A stretch of DNA of 64,000 nucleotides from Trichinella spiralis (taxonomy: Eukaryota). The stretch spans positions 5,417,816 to 5,481,815 of the forward strand of contig NW_003526944.1 in assembly GCF_000181795.1 (NCBI RefSeq), written 5' to 3'. The notes under the pieces were generated by a model. It worked only from the letters and a program-made list of their open reading frames with translations, was not told the DNA's origin and ran no database searches. Made by a program: the position numbers and the translations under genes. Numbering within the stretch: position 1 is the first letter of the stretch; each line of letters starts with the position of its first letter. Shown here piece by piece: positions 10,091 to 22,654 of the stretch.

Positions 10091-11915
10091 AGTTGTAACG
10101 AAATAATTTTCATATGTATAATTATGCCAAAATATTATTATTCGTGACATTTATTTTTCATTTTTAATAAATTTATTTGAATACAACATTTAAAGGACAG
10201 AAATATCATATTAAAAAAATTTATAATCAAAATTGAAATTTACTTGCAGAATGAAAATGAAAATATTTCATTGCATCATTTACATGTGTGATTTTTGCTA
10301 TTTTCTGTATGAAATTTATTTGAGAAGTTATAAATGGTGAATTTTCCGTTCGTGTTCAGCGCTTTTCCTGTCGAAGACCATTTCTACTCAAATTTTAGAG
10401 GTATTCCAGTCACCACATCAACCAACAATGGAATACAAACAAGGGAACGGCTGGACCAACTGTAGCATTTAAACTGCTTTTATATTTATAATTAAGAGTA
10501 TAAATTATTGTTGTCATTTAATTTTTTATTTTTAACCCATTTGTTTTGAATTGCATAATATTTTTATTTAAATAATTGCCGTTTGCATATATTGAAATTC
10601 TTTTCTTTTATATTTGAAAAGATTATTATCATAAAAAGCACAGCTTTGTTTTTGATAAAATTTTTTTTATGAAAAAACGAGTGAAAATAATAAAACTAAA
10701 TGGTAGAAATGCTTGCAAACAGAATTAATGTACGTGTTGCTGTCTAACGTATTGTTCTAAATTAAGAATTAAATGTGGAGGAAAATCTGCACAAAAGGAA
10801 AATATTGTTGTCTCCATATTTGATCATACTTCGACTATATTCTTAGATTTGCAACATGAAAATCAGTAAATACATTTTATTCATATGTTATTCCACAGTT
10901 CCGTAGCTCAGTTTAACTCTTCTATTTTCCCTGATTACACTACATGTCATGAATAATATTAACTTGCAACAATTGAATTTCAATTTTTGAATATCAAAAG
11001 AAGAATTTACATTTAGTCGTAATCGTTGCAGAAATATTAAGTGATTTTGATTTTCAAAAAATCCATGCAATATAATACGGTTGGACTAGTTATACGTTAA
11101 GCGAATGAGAGGTGCTAGCAAAGAAATGGATTTTAAGCAACGCTGATTTTCACAGTATACGCCTAGCGTTCATCACTTGAATTCAACGCTGTATTAGATT
11201 TCCTGCTGAATAAATAATAAATTCTTACAGCATCTCAACCAAATGTAGGATATAAAAAATTCAGCTTCTGGAAGATGCTCATTTTTTCCCCATGTTATTT
11301 CACTTTTAATAATAATTAGTGTATATTTGTTTTCTTTTCAAAAACTTAAATACCTTAACAAACGGCTGTTGTACAAAAGCATGAAATTTTGCATAAAACA
11401 GATCTATTTTTAATAATGGAAAACAGAATCATTCTCAATGATTATAAATTCAATATCTATGTTCAACAGTATTTTGATGTAATTTGAAAATGAAATGTAA
11501 TTTACAGAAATAGTCAAGTTTCTATTATTTAGAGATAAATTTGTTCGTACTGTTGTAAAAATTGATTACTCAATTTCAATCAAACTTTTGATGCTTGTCA
11601 GGCATTTTTTTTGAAAACATCTTCAAAATGCACTGGGAATCATTGAAATGTCACTTTGTTTGTTGAAGAATAAAAGAAATGTTAAATGTGATTGTAGAAA
11701 GTTTTCCAGAAATAGAAAAAAAAATTTAAGTTATATTCAAATTAATTTATTATTAAATGAAATATTTTTTTTATCACAATGCCTTCGAGAAAAAACAATT
11801 TGGCTATCTGGTTGATGAAATTCGTTAAAAATGCAAAACAATATATACAACAAACAACAAATTTCATTTGATTACGACTTTCAACTTAAATTTTATGAAA
11901 AATATCTATCCAATT

Positions 11916-14900
11916 CTAATCATCAGAATCGTTTGAATCGGAAGAATTTCCAATGTCTATATCCCTGTCTGGATCTTCACTTACATCTAAGGCAACTGAT
12001 GAATTTGCAGCAGAATGATCTCGTTTCAAACCTTCCACCATTTTTGAGCATGTCGGTTCAGAATCATCTTGAACAACCACCGTTTGTTGTTGCTTCTTCC
12101 ACATTTTCGCTAAAGCCAATAATTTAAGATTTGCAGTGCCTGCTTCGTCTGCCGGAAATATATAATCGTAATATTCTTCCCAACCAATTTCAGTCTAAAA
12201 TATTGAATAAAAAGAAAAACAAAAATAAAAGAACTATTTTTAAATTCAAATAATCATACCCCATTTTCTGCAAATGCTTTTCTTCTTTTCTTCACTCGCT
12301 TCGGCATTTGCGATTCAACAGCATTCAAACTATCCGCATCACCATGTTCCTTCTGCAAAAAACAATGAATGACACTCAAATTAAAAATCCACTTCACTTA
12401 CGTATTAATTGTTGTGCAAAATTTCACAATATTATACATTCAATTGTAATGGTAAATAAAAATAAAATTCCATACAAATCACATTTCTTACTTCGAATTC
12501 TCTCCACGTTTGCAATAGCAAAACTCGTTCTTCTTTACTTTCACAATTTTGCAAAGCTCTGTTCGCTTCTTGGTACACAGATCTGGCGCGGCCAACGTTA
12601 CCATCGTCTTCAACAGAAAGCTCAAAACGAGCAAAACTAATCCAAACCTATATTAATTTTTAAAAAAATCAAAAAATAACAATTAAAAAGTACAAAATAA
12701 TTTATTTCTACCTTGACTTGCTGGGTTTTTGAAAGTAATCGCTTATACAACTTTCTGGCCAACCCGTATTCACCTTGTCCAATTTCAAAATCGATGTACG
12801 ATTTCCACAATATTTCCGGCATATCCATCGTCTCCCACGAAATGGCTAAATCATAAATCGCCCGAGCACGATCAGTATCACCCAAAAGGGTTTCCAATTC
12901 TGCATACTAAACATCAAAAGCATAAGTATGAATTTGATGTATAATTCATTTCAAAAATCACTTACTTTAATCCAACTTGCACAATTTTCAGGACAAAATT
13001 CAAGCAATTTGCCATACAATATTCGGCAACGGTCAAATTCACGAAGCCTCAATTCTAAATCAATGTACTCACGAAAAAGTTTCTCTTTTGGACACCTTCC
13101 AATAGCATTTCCCTGAAATTAGATTTATCGCAATAAATACAATCTTATTACGAATACGTTCACGGCATGTAAGTATGTATACTAAAATATGCATACTAAA
13201 ATTTTTCTCGCTGCCTTTACATCCAACTGTCTTATTTCGAAATAGGCAAACAATAGCCAAACTTTAGCAAAAGTGAACTTTTTGTGCGGAATCACTTCCA
13301 AACACATTTTGTAAACTTCTCTAGCGCGTTCCATGTCGTTGGCTTCCAGTTCTTCATAAACAGCATAATTAATCCATAAATAAATGTATCGTTTCCAATA
13401 AATTTTCACCTAAAAAAACAAATTCGTAATATAATTTGCAATTGCAATTATTGTATATAGATATTTTTTTAATACAGGTTTAGGTGGAACATTAGAAACA
13501 GCTCTTTCGTAAGTGTCACGTATGAGATCAGCATCGCACTGCTCACTTTCCAATAATCTTAAATAATCAAACCAGGCGTCATAATTGAAAGAATTCTTTT
13601 CCAATTCTTCTTCATAATGTCTTCTCCGCTTGCCGACTATCACATGTTCAATCCCAAATTTTTCGCCATATTTTTTCTCATGAATAGCATAGGCCTTTTG
13701 TATTTCGGCAAGTTTATCTTTCGGCAAATTGTCCAAGGCATATTTGTAAATTACTCGAGCACGATCGTGCTAAAACTTTTTTGCAAATTGCATAAAAATA
13801 ACACAAATAAAGTAAAAATAAATTAATAAACCTCTTTTTGATTTTCTTCAAATTTTGCAAACGCTATCAAAATATTTTCGTTCATGTGCTGCAAACCAAA
13901 GTATTCTACAGCACGCTCAAATACCATACGAGCGTTGGTTATTGATTTTTGACGCTGTTCAAATTTCGCATAACGAATCCAATTCTTCGGATCCGGATGA
14001 ACATTTATAAATCGCTGCCAAATATTCCTAGCACGATCCACTTCTTTGTAACGCATCTCGAAATTGATGTACGTATTCCAAGCTTGTTCACCTGGTTCCC
14101 ATTCCATCCAACGCTCAAAAACTTGCCTAGTTCCAGGAATATTGCCAAGCATCTCTTCCATATAAGTGTACTTCAACCAAAACTGTATAGCACGTGGTAA
14201 AATAGAGATGGCACGATCCCACACATTGCGTGCGTGATTGATTTGCCGATTGCGGATTTCCATTTCAGCGTACTGCAACCACAGTGTTATGTTCCTGTGA
14301 TCAACATCCAGAGCTCGTTCGAACACTGACCGACTTCGTTGCATTTCTCCCTGACTTTCTTCCCATTTCGCATATTTAATCCAATTGCAAATGCTATTTC
14401 GATTTTTACGTATGCAATCTTCGTATTCTTTTCTCCGTCTGAATTGATACTCTTTCAATTCTTCTGGATCGCTGATCTTTTTCTTTGGAGGCTGAAATGA
14501 AAACAAAAATGAAAAATAAAATAAAATATAACCAATCAATCAACTGAAAATTGTAATACCGGAGGTAAAATTTCCAAATCTCGTTCTTTTGCTTCACGAA
14601 GAAGTTGTTCCGCAGTTATCTGAATTGGTGCTGGTGCTTTGTTTTTCACCTAATACAAAATAAATTGAAAATTGCTTTACAAAAATACATTCCTATATAT
14701 TTATATGAATTTTAAACAAATTCCGAACACTTACCGTTAATTTTGAAAAAAACATTTCACTAAATAACGCAATATAAAAATATACAAAAACACACAGTGC
14801 CGTCAAATTAGTTCAGTTGCAAGCTGTTTATTTGATTAAAAATTTTACCTGCAACCACTGCACTACAACATACCTCAAAATTTAATATATACATATATTA

Positions 14901-15438
14901 ATACACACATTAAAACATTTAATAAATGTAAAACTAACCGAACAGAAAACTGACATTTCGTATAGTATACTAAATGCAACTAAAAATCTCACACGTAGAA
15001 CAGAAACATGCAAACTATGAGTTAGCTAAAAAATCGATCTAAAAAATTCATATTATCACAACTATATGTAAATTAAAATTTATAAACAGATTATTTAACA
15101 GTTCATGACATTTCCATATGTAATAAAGCAACATATATCTGAAAAAGTTCACGAAATAGAAAAAATAATATAGATCAAAACTTTCTACTTCAATTACGTT
15201 ATATTTATTACGTCAGATAAATATACCATTAAAAACATTTCAATTATTATAATAAATATAACGGAAATTTCAATATATGACAAAAATTATAAAAAAAAAC
15301 CAAACAAACAGTCACATTTATATTTTCATAAAAGCGTAAATATGCATCATAAAATTAAAAAGTTCACATGCATTTTTAACATACCTTCATTGCTTTTTTA
15401 GCTAAGCGTGTCAAACTATCTTGGGCGTTCGACTGCAT
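11916..15438 (-). CDS. CRNKL1: Crooked neck-like splicing factor (HAT/TPR repeats; Clf1/Syf3), multi-exon
   Basis: Exon 1 15438-15385 ([18 protein letters not shown]); exon 2 14649-14560 ([23 protein letters not shown]); exon 3 14491-13832 ([27 protein letters not shown]...); further exons include [10 protein letters not shown] and end at stop 11916-11918. Confidence 0.97.
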
Positions 15439-16593
15439 GATCTACAAATAAAGCTTTACTGCTTCAAAAAACAAAACTGTAACTACTTATAAACACTACA
15501 GTAATGTGAGTAAATTAAGTTATTCTTACTGTAGATTATAAAATTGACAAACATCAGATAATAATTATAAAATTTCAACATTTAAATAATATTAATCCTA
15601 AAAAATAAATTATTAGTAAATTAAAAGTTAAATTTTATTTACATTACAATACAATGACATGCTATTAAAATCGCTATTACACGGAAAACAACTGTCTGGC
15701 TTGAGCAACTACGATGCACAAAAGTGGTTGTATTATTGCTGTGTGCGCCAGTGGTAGTGAAATTTTTCAAGCCAGATAATTGTTTTTACACTTATATTTT
15801 AATACACGCTGCTAAAAACACCGCTCCAGCAAATTTCGTCATTTCTGATCGTGATTACGTAACGCTGAGATATAGGTCGAGGACGCTACCGAGAAAATTT
15901 GAAGGGTGCGTCTGGCGGCTTACGTAACACGGTTCTGTCTGACCACACGGAAGAAGATACAGTAAACTGGCAACAAAAACCCTTGACCGCTGATCATGTC
16001 GATGCGAAGCGTGCCTTCGTTCCATGGATCCGGGGCAGTGACAAGAAAGCAGCCGCCAGAGATACCGCACAGCAACTTCCGCACAGCTCTAGCTAGATAA
16101 ATGAAACGAAGAGAGTGACAAGTAGCAAAAGTAGTAGTGACCAAAGAGTCGCAGAAGTGTAGAAAACGAACCCAGAAGAGAGTGCAGCCGACTGTTACAA
16201 CGAACAGCTGACGAAGAGAGTTTTCAACAATGACAATGTAATAAAAGAAGCTGAATATAACCTGTGGCTAATCAGTACAATTCATTACTGATACCATGCA
16301 GTACAGTGTCGCTTCACGTCTTGCAAGTGTTATTTGTGCATTGAATGCTATTCAAATTTATCTCTTACTGGATAAAATTACACAGAATAAACTCAACACT
16401 TTAATGCTGACTTTTCGTTTTGCTAGAAGCTAAAGATTAGCAAACGTACGACAACAATCAAATGCTCTCAATTTGCACATTTTATTCCGTTTATTAATCA
16501 TAATTGTCCGTTTTCTGTAATGTTTTCAATTAAACGAATTCAGTGAATTTATTTAATGCCATTTCAGTTAACCACAATATAAAAGGTGAATGA

Positions 16594-17259
16594 ATGAGCG
16601 CAGACAAAAGTTCACCAGCTGCATCTTCGTTTGAATCTAGTTTAGAAGTGCCAAGAGCTGCATCAGGTAAAAATGACAGTTTGACTTAAATTCACAAGAT
16701 AATTCGAATTTTAGCATCTGTAGAAAATGAATCCAGCATTTTGAACGTATACAAACAAAATTTGCCTGAAATTCAATCTTCATGCAGAGATTTGAGCTTT
16801 TACAGCGCAAAAAAGTAAACTAAATTAAATTAATTTAAATATAAATTTTGATGAAAGTCTAATTGTTTTCAGAAAACAATTAACGTCTTCATATCTACAT
16901 ACAAAAAACAGTTCGATAAACAGTCCTTATTCTACTTTAACAGCTCTTTCTCCTTGGAGATCGAGTACTCCTATTCTTCCTCAATTATTGAAGATGAAGC
17001 TACCACAGGTTTATTTTCATCAGTAAAAAAACAACAACAATTGAAAGAGTGAATTTATTTGCTTTAGCCAACTCTGTCATCTATTGGATATTCGAATGAT
17101 TCACCGATTTTACATTATCAAAGAAACGTCCACTTCATCAACAGTGAAGAAATTAATTTTACGTCTGCAGAAGCGCCGGAAAGCAATACTGGAAAATATG
17201 CCGGCTTATGTAGTCCATTCAAAAATTGTATAAAATCTCCACGTCGATATACATTGTAA
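16594..17259 (+). CDS. Hypothetical 166-aa Ser/Pro-rich protein, 4 exons (16594-16666, 16715-16814, 16873-17008, 17068-17259)
   Basis: Three short GT-AG introns with consistent phases give an uninterrupted ORF MSADKSSPAASS...KSPRRYTL*; upstream TTTCAG acceptor (~16562-16567); AATAAA at ~17283. Confidence 0.75.
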
Positions 17260-17559
17260 TGGATACGTTGTATTTGCAGATTAATAAATAAAAATTCTTT
17301 TAATAAACAAAGAATAAAATTACATACCTAATTCAATTAATACAAATTATTTTGCTTTAAAATAACAATATCCATTATAAATATATTACCTAATAGAATT
17401 ACAAATTTTTTCAACCATTCATTTATGAATTTTCATCATATGCGAGCACTTTAGCAATCAGCAAGATTCCCAATGAATCAACGCTTGCAAAAGCAATGTG
17501 TTTAGCTAATGATTCCAAATTCATATCCACATAAAATTAATAGATGACGCAGCAATCTG

Positions 17560-18440
17560 CTTCAGATTCATGATTTTCAAGTTACTGTAGACTGTATCTC
17601 AGTTCCGCAGGAGATTCAATTCACTCATTCATATCAACAACCAACCATTTCGACTAAACTCGAATGGATGCTGACTTCGAACGAGTTTGACAGACCTCAC
17701 ACAGCTGATTCACAGAACACGCCCACTGACGCTTGTAACAACACCAACAACGCACGTGACTAATTGCTGTACAAAGTATCTCTACGACAATTTCGAAATC
17801 TACCTACGGTTTCGGATGGGCGTTGTCCAACACTGTTTTCTAGCAAGTTCTAGCAAGACTGGAGACCGACTCTGACAAGTTATGATGCTCTTCGCTGTTT
17901 TCAGCTGAACCAAACCGCCAGGCAACATTTCGACGATCAATCCGAGCTTCTTTCGATGATTTCGCGGGGAGGCTGAGCGTACGGTACTGTGGCGTTGATC
18001 CGATATTCTTCACCTCTACCATTAGCACAATAGGCTAATAAAGTGCAACTGGTACCGCCAGCGTCTTATCACACTTGTACGTTCAAGTGTCTCCTTTGTC
18101 GTTTCTGGGCGAGAGGATGGTTCACATCCAATGAGGAACTTGGAGTCTTCTTCATTCGGAATGGTAAGCGGTCCAGAGTTTGCTTATCCCCGCCTGCAGA
18201 GCTAGTTCCCAAAGCCTAGTGGGCAGTGTTTTCCTGCACCGTCCCCTCCAAGGAGCCCTTTCTGTGTAAGATTCTGGCTCCATTGGATGCGCCGCTTCGC
18301 CAGTTCTTCTCTCTGCTTCTCGGTGAAAAGCGAGAAAGCGTTGGCCTGGTTGAACGTGTCCGAACGTTACCGGACTGGATAATCGCCGCGCACCTTCTCC
18401 TCGCGACAAATCAACATGGGGCTGCGAGAAAGCTGTCAAG
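17560..18440 (-). mobile_element. Degenerate BEL/Pao LTR retrotransposon remnant (integrase region)
   Basis: Frameshifted peptides FVARR (18396-18410), IIQS-N, ELAKRRIQW (18280-18306) and TERAPWRG match the BEL/Pao integrase pattern RFxARRG...SDN...W...PxAPWxGG; locally raised GC; outer limits uncertain. Confidence 0.75.
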
Positions 18441-18593
18441 AGTCAATATATTTAAATTTTATATTTTTATGATGGAATTTAATTATAAAGTATTTATCAG
18501 ACATATAAGGAAAATAACAAGTCTAAAAAATTGGTAATGCTTTTCAATTTCGGTTAACAATAAAAAGTAAAATTACTACTGCAAGATTAGTGT

Positions 18594-19283
18594 TCATTCT
18601 TCAGAGCCAAATAGTCGCTTCATATTTTGTTCTGCAGTCAAAGTCCTGCAACAAAAATGATTAACTGATAATAAGAAAGGTCAACAGTAAAAATCACCTT
18701 CGATAAAACTCAGAATCAACATCGAACTGATCGACAACTTCCATATTCCTAATATGTCTAAGCCTCTGTATACTACAAAATATTATTGTGTGTAGTATAT
18801 TCAAGTGTATATTACAGGAAAGATAAACATCTTACTAATGCTGAATAAACTGCAAAACAGTACCGGCAAGAGTAACAAAGAAGACCACTCTAATAATATG
18901 CACATTCACATCTGTAGCATCATCATCAGCTTTCGTTTGACTTGTTGACTGACGAACGTAGTAGTAAAATGGACTTTGATTCCAAGAATTCCAACCGTAA
19001 CTGTAGGACGACTGATAATTCTTATTGGATGGTCGTTCTCTAGAAAATAAAAAAATTTTGCAAACCAATATGACATCAGTATAAATCGAACCAAACCGAT
19101 TTTCATGAGAATAATTTTGAGCATGCAATTCTGCATCATATTTACGCCGACTTTCTGGCTTAGAAAGAATCGAATATGCTTCAACAATTTTTACATATCG
19201 ACTGCTGCACGTCCTGTCGCCTTTGTTGACATCTGGATGATACTAAAAATGAAAGTGCAATTAAAAAAATAATACGGAAAATT

Positions 19284-19337
<54 letters not shown>

Positions 19338-19428
19338 CCTTTTTGGAAAGATCGACAAATGCACGCTTGATCTGTTTCAGCGAAGCATGACGACTAACGC
19401 CAAGAATATCATAAAAATTTTCGTTACT
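18594..19428 (-). CDS. DnaJ (Hsp40) domain protein with C-terminal hydrophobic helix, DNAJC4-like; 5' exon not resolved
   Basis: NFYDILGVSRHASLKQIKRAFVDLSKK|YHPDVN...AYSILSKPESRRKYD; hydrophobic IIRVVFFVTLAGTVLQF; last exon TLTAEQNMKRLFGSEE*. Confidence 0.88.
19287..19330. repeat. (TA)n microsatellite inside the DnaJ intron
   Basis: Perfect TA run. Confidence 0.95.
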
Positions 19429-20116
19429 ATAAAATGCTTAACTGAAAAAATAACAAACTCATTGATCTATTCATAACGTGATGATTATTTTTTCGATATG
19501 TTAAATAATTAATAAGTCTGATTAAGCTATATACTTTGAGTTTCAAAATGTAAATAACAACAATGACATAAAGTGAAATGTCACATCGTTTAATGCCCTA
19601 CTTGGTAGACAGCTGACCGGATAATATTTTATAAACTGAATTTATTAACAGCCTCTGACGTTTCAAAACATAAAACATCGAAAATTTCCAGTGCAAAAAA
19701 ATTAATTTCTAAATAATACAACACCAATTAATAAAGTAATGCAGGTATTAATTCAAACTACAGTAATTAAAGAAGCAGTAATCTGCGCATCATGATCAGG
19801 CGTAAATTTAAACACAGCATTTTGTAAAATGTAATAATATTTAAAATTAGAAGACAGCCGCTTTGCAACAATCATTATGAATTTTTCTGTGGCCATGAAT
19901 TTTAAATCAACCATCTTTTTTATTCATTCCATAAAACAATTATAAATGAAACAACAACAAAATAAAAACAAAAACGAATCACAAGTAACTGTTTAATTGA
20001 AAATTTTTCAATTGAAAGAAGAAAACAAATAATTCCATCGTTTTTCGGCCTCCCAATTAACAACTTGTTCAACATATTCATTATGAGAATTTTATTGCAA
20101 GCCATTTTTTAAGCAT

Positions 20117-22654
20117 TTAAGCACTGTATCTCCAATTTGGATATGGCTTGCGATCACTTTTATACTCGTTGTAGATCAGTTTGATCAAAAACAAATGGAA
20201 AAGAATTAACAACACGCCAAGTGAAAACCAAAATGCAGGAGGAAGACCGCCCAGACGATGACCATGTTTGTGTAAAGCAATGATGTGATGCTCGTGAGCT
20301 GGGGCTAAAAATGGGGAAAACGAGAATACATTTCTAAAACCATTAAAGCTATATAATTAAACTACCGTTTGCTACTTCGCGGACATGGATCGACATTTTC
20401 AAACGTTCAATGTGTTCTCGTTGATCAGTAACGTATAAAATAGGCGTCGCTGGAACTGTCCGTTTGACAGGAATCAGTGTAGAACTTGAACTGCATAATA
20501 AAAATTATAACAATAATAATGACAACAGCAATATTCACAAGCAAAAGAATAATTTCAAATTAATTTTCTAAATGATAAAAACCTCAATTCAATCGGTGGA
20601 TCCAAGCATCCGGCATCGCATGCGAACAGCTCTTTACCCGTGGGTGACGTTCGATTGACACTGGCATACATGATGGCTCTGTTCTCATCGTTCACCATTA
20701 CGCGAATATTCACGTATGTCGACTTTGTAAAATAAATGTTTCGAAAGAAAAAATCACTTAAATGATATGAAAATTTTGTGTAAACAATTTCAGTGTATAA
20801 TGATTTTACAAATCTAGTCGTTCACCGATGCAAATCTTGCGGTTGCTGATCAAACTCTAAATGATGAGCAGTGTGCTTCAAAGCTCCAAAGCTAAGCAAC
20901 AACGCTTGTACAACACCAGTAGCACCTGCGAGCAAATTACTCATATAACTACAATAAATTGAAAAATCAAAAAGAAAAAAAACAATAATCAACCTTCTAA
21001 CAGTAAATTCCCACACCCATGCTCAACCAATGTGTAAGACCAGAGAGAATTTATTGATAATATTGTTGAAACCGAGTTCAGCTTCGCCCACAATTTGCTT
21101 GGCAAGAGTCTTAAAAAAAGTAATATAAATAAAGGATATATTTTAAATTAAACTGAAACTGAATTTACGTTGAATGTGAAGAATAACAATGACTGGGACG
21201 ATTCGAAAATTCCATCGAATTATCAGATTGTAGCTCATAATGACAAAGTATGTAATACATTGTTCCATTTATCATGTCTCCATTCAACCCATTCGGGGCT
21301 TTTGAATAGGATATACTTAATCCACTATTCCAAAGCTGAATGCAATCAATCAAACAGTGATAATAAATAATAATTTTCTCCATACCTGATTCCAAGCTTG
21401 GGTGTGCTCTTCAATTATAGGATGATCGTCCAATGCAGTGACCGTGTAGAAAGCCTTGGAAAAAAAATCATCACACTGCTAATATTAAATGCCAAATTGC
21501 TCACTTTCAATGCAGAATGAACGGCGTCAGACTTCAACTTATCCTTGTTCACATCTTCAGAAACAGTGTAACGTGTAACGAACGAAGGAATGAGCAACTG
21601 TTCAATCCTTAGTGGGAATAAAGAAATAATTTTAACAATTAATTAATAACGCCGGAATGAATGAACAAAATAACACTTTTTTGAGCTAACGTGAAGCAGT
21701 TTCGCAAAATTAGACAATATCACGGACATTCCAACTTTTCCATTTGCGGATCCCGTATACTGAAAAGCGGAAACTTGTGACTGAGACTCAACTCTAAATA
21801 ATATTTTAAAAAATAAAAATTCAACTGCAGCTTAATTTAAATATGAATAGAATAAATGAAAATTATCCTAATCACCTTGACTTGGTAAATCTTTGTAAAG
21901 TATCATCATCGCGATGCAAATGCAATATTACTGTGTTATCCTTAAATTAAAAAAATTATTTAGAAAGGCAAAGGAACCATTCACAAATTTACTGTAGGAT
22001 TAGAAATTGATATGTGTTGTATGAAGACTGATGGCCGGGTACGATGAACAAAATACGTCGTCACTACTTGCACACACTGATCTCCCTGAATGCAATTTTT
22101 ATAAATAAAAAAAAACAATTTATTGTTTCGATAAATATGTCATGCGTACCACATCATAGCATTGCAATTTCACCACTTTCCCGTCTTTAAAGTGCACAAT
22201 GTAGGCCCCTGTAAAGCAACCATCAGAGCAATAATCAATATTAAAAAGTTGAATATTTACCTAACATCGACTTGTATTGGGTCTGAAGCGCCACGTCAAC
22301 AATTGGCCGAAAGCCAGCATCCAGAAATTCATCTGTCAAGCCTCGAATGTACATTTTTCCCTTTTCAGATACGTCAACAGTAATATAACCATTGCCAGTA
22401 TAGGGCAACCACACAGGCTTTTCATCTGCAATTTCATCAGCGTAAACAATTACTGCATCATAAATGTCAGCATCGGCTTTGAAGCTTTGCATGATATGTT
22501 CAAACACAACGGAGCATTTTCCATCGTTCAAACTTGATTCGTTCGGATAAAAAAAGTAGTATCGCAGCAATAAGAACATACCAAACAGAACAAGTGAACA
22601 AAAAGCATACTGTCGACGACTAAAACTGTCATAATTAAAATATAATTTCATCAT
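20117..22654 (-). CDS. KIAA2013: KIAA2013 homolog (N- and C-terminal transmembrane segments), multi-exon
   Basis: N-terminal TM plus [38 protein letters not shown]-terminal [44 protein letters not shown]. Confidence 0.88.

Larger units (their letters stand above)
5075..11450. repeat. Degenerate mosaic tandem repeat array built from several recurring modules (units roughly 0.4-1.2 kb)
   Basis: cagtggaatacgaacatgcggacgtttccactg recurs at ~5860, 7611, 8755, 9647 and 10060. gaaaattcaaaa...cacataaatggaact recurs at ~5580, 7280, 8470 and 9355. atgcc/tttccagcaattt...gacttcag recurs at ~5088, 7141 and 9222. 5913-6205 resembles 10478-10745, and 7810-8210 resembles 10805-11450. Confidence 0.9.
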
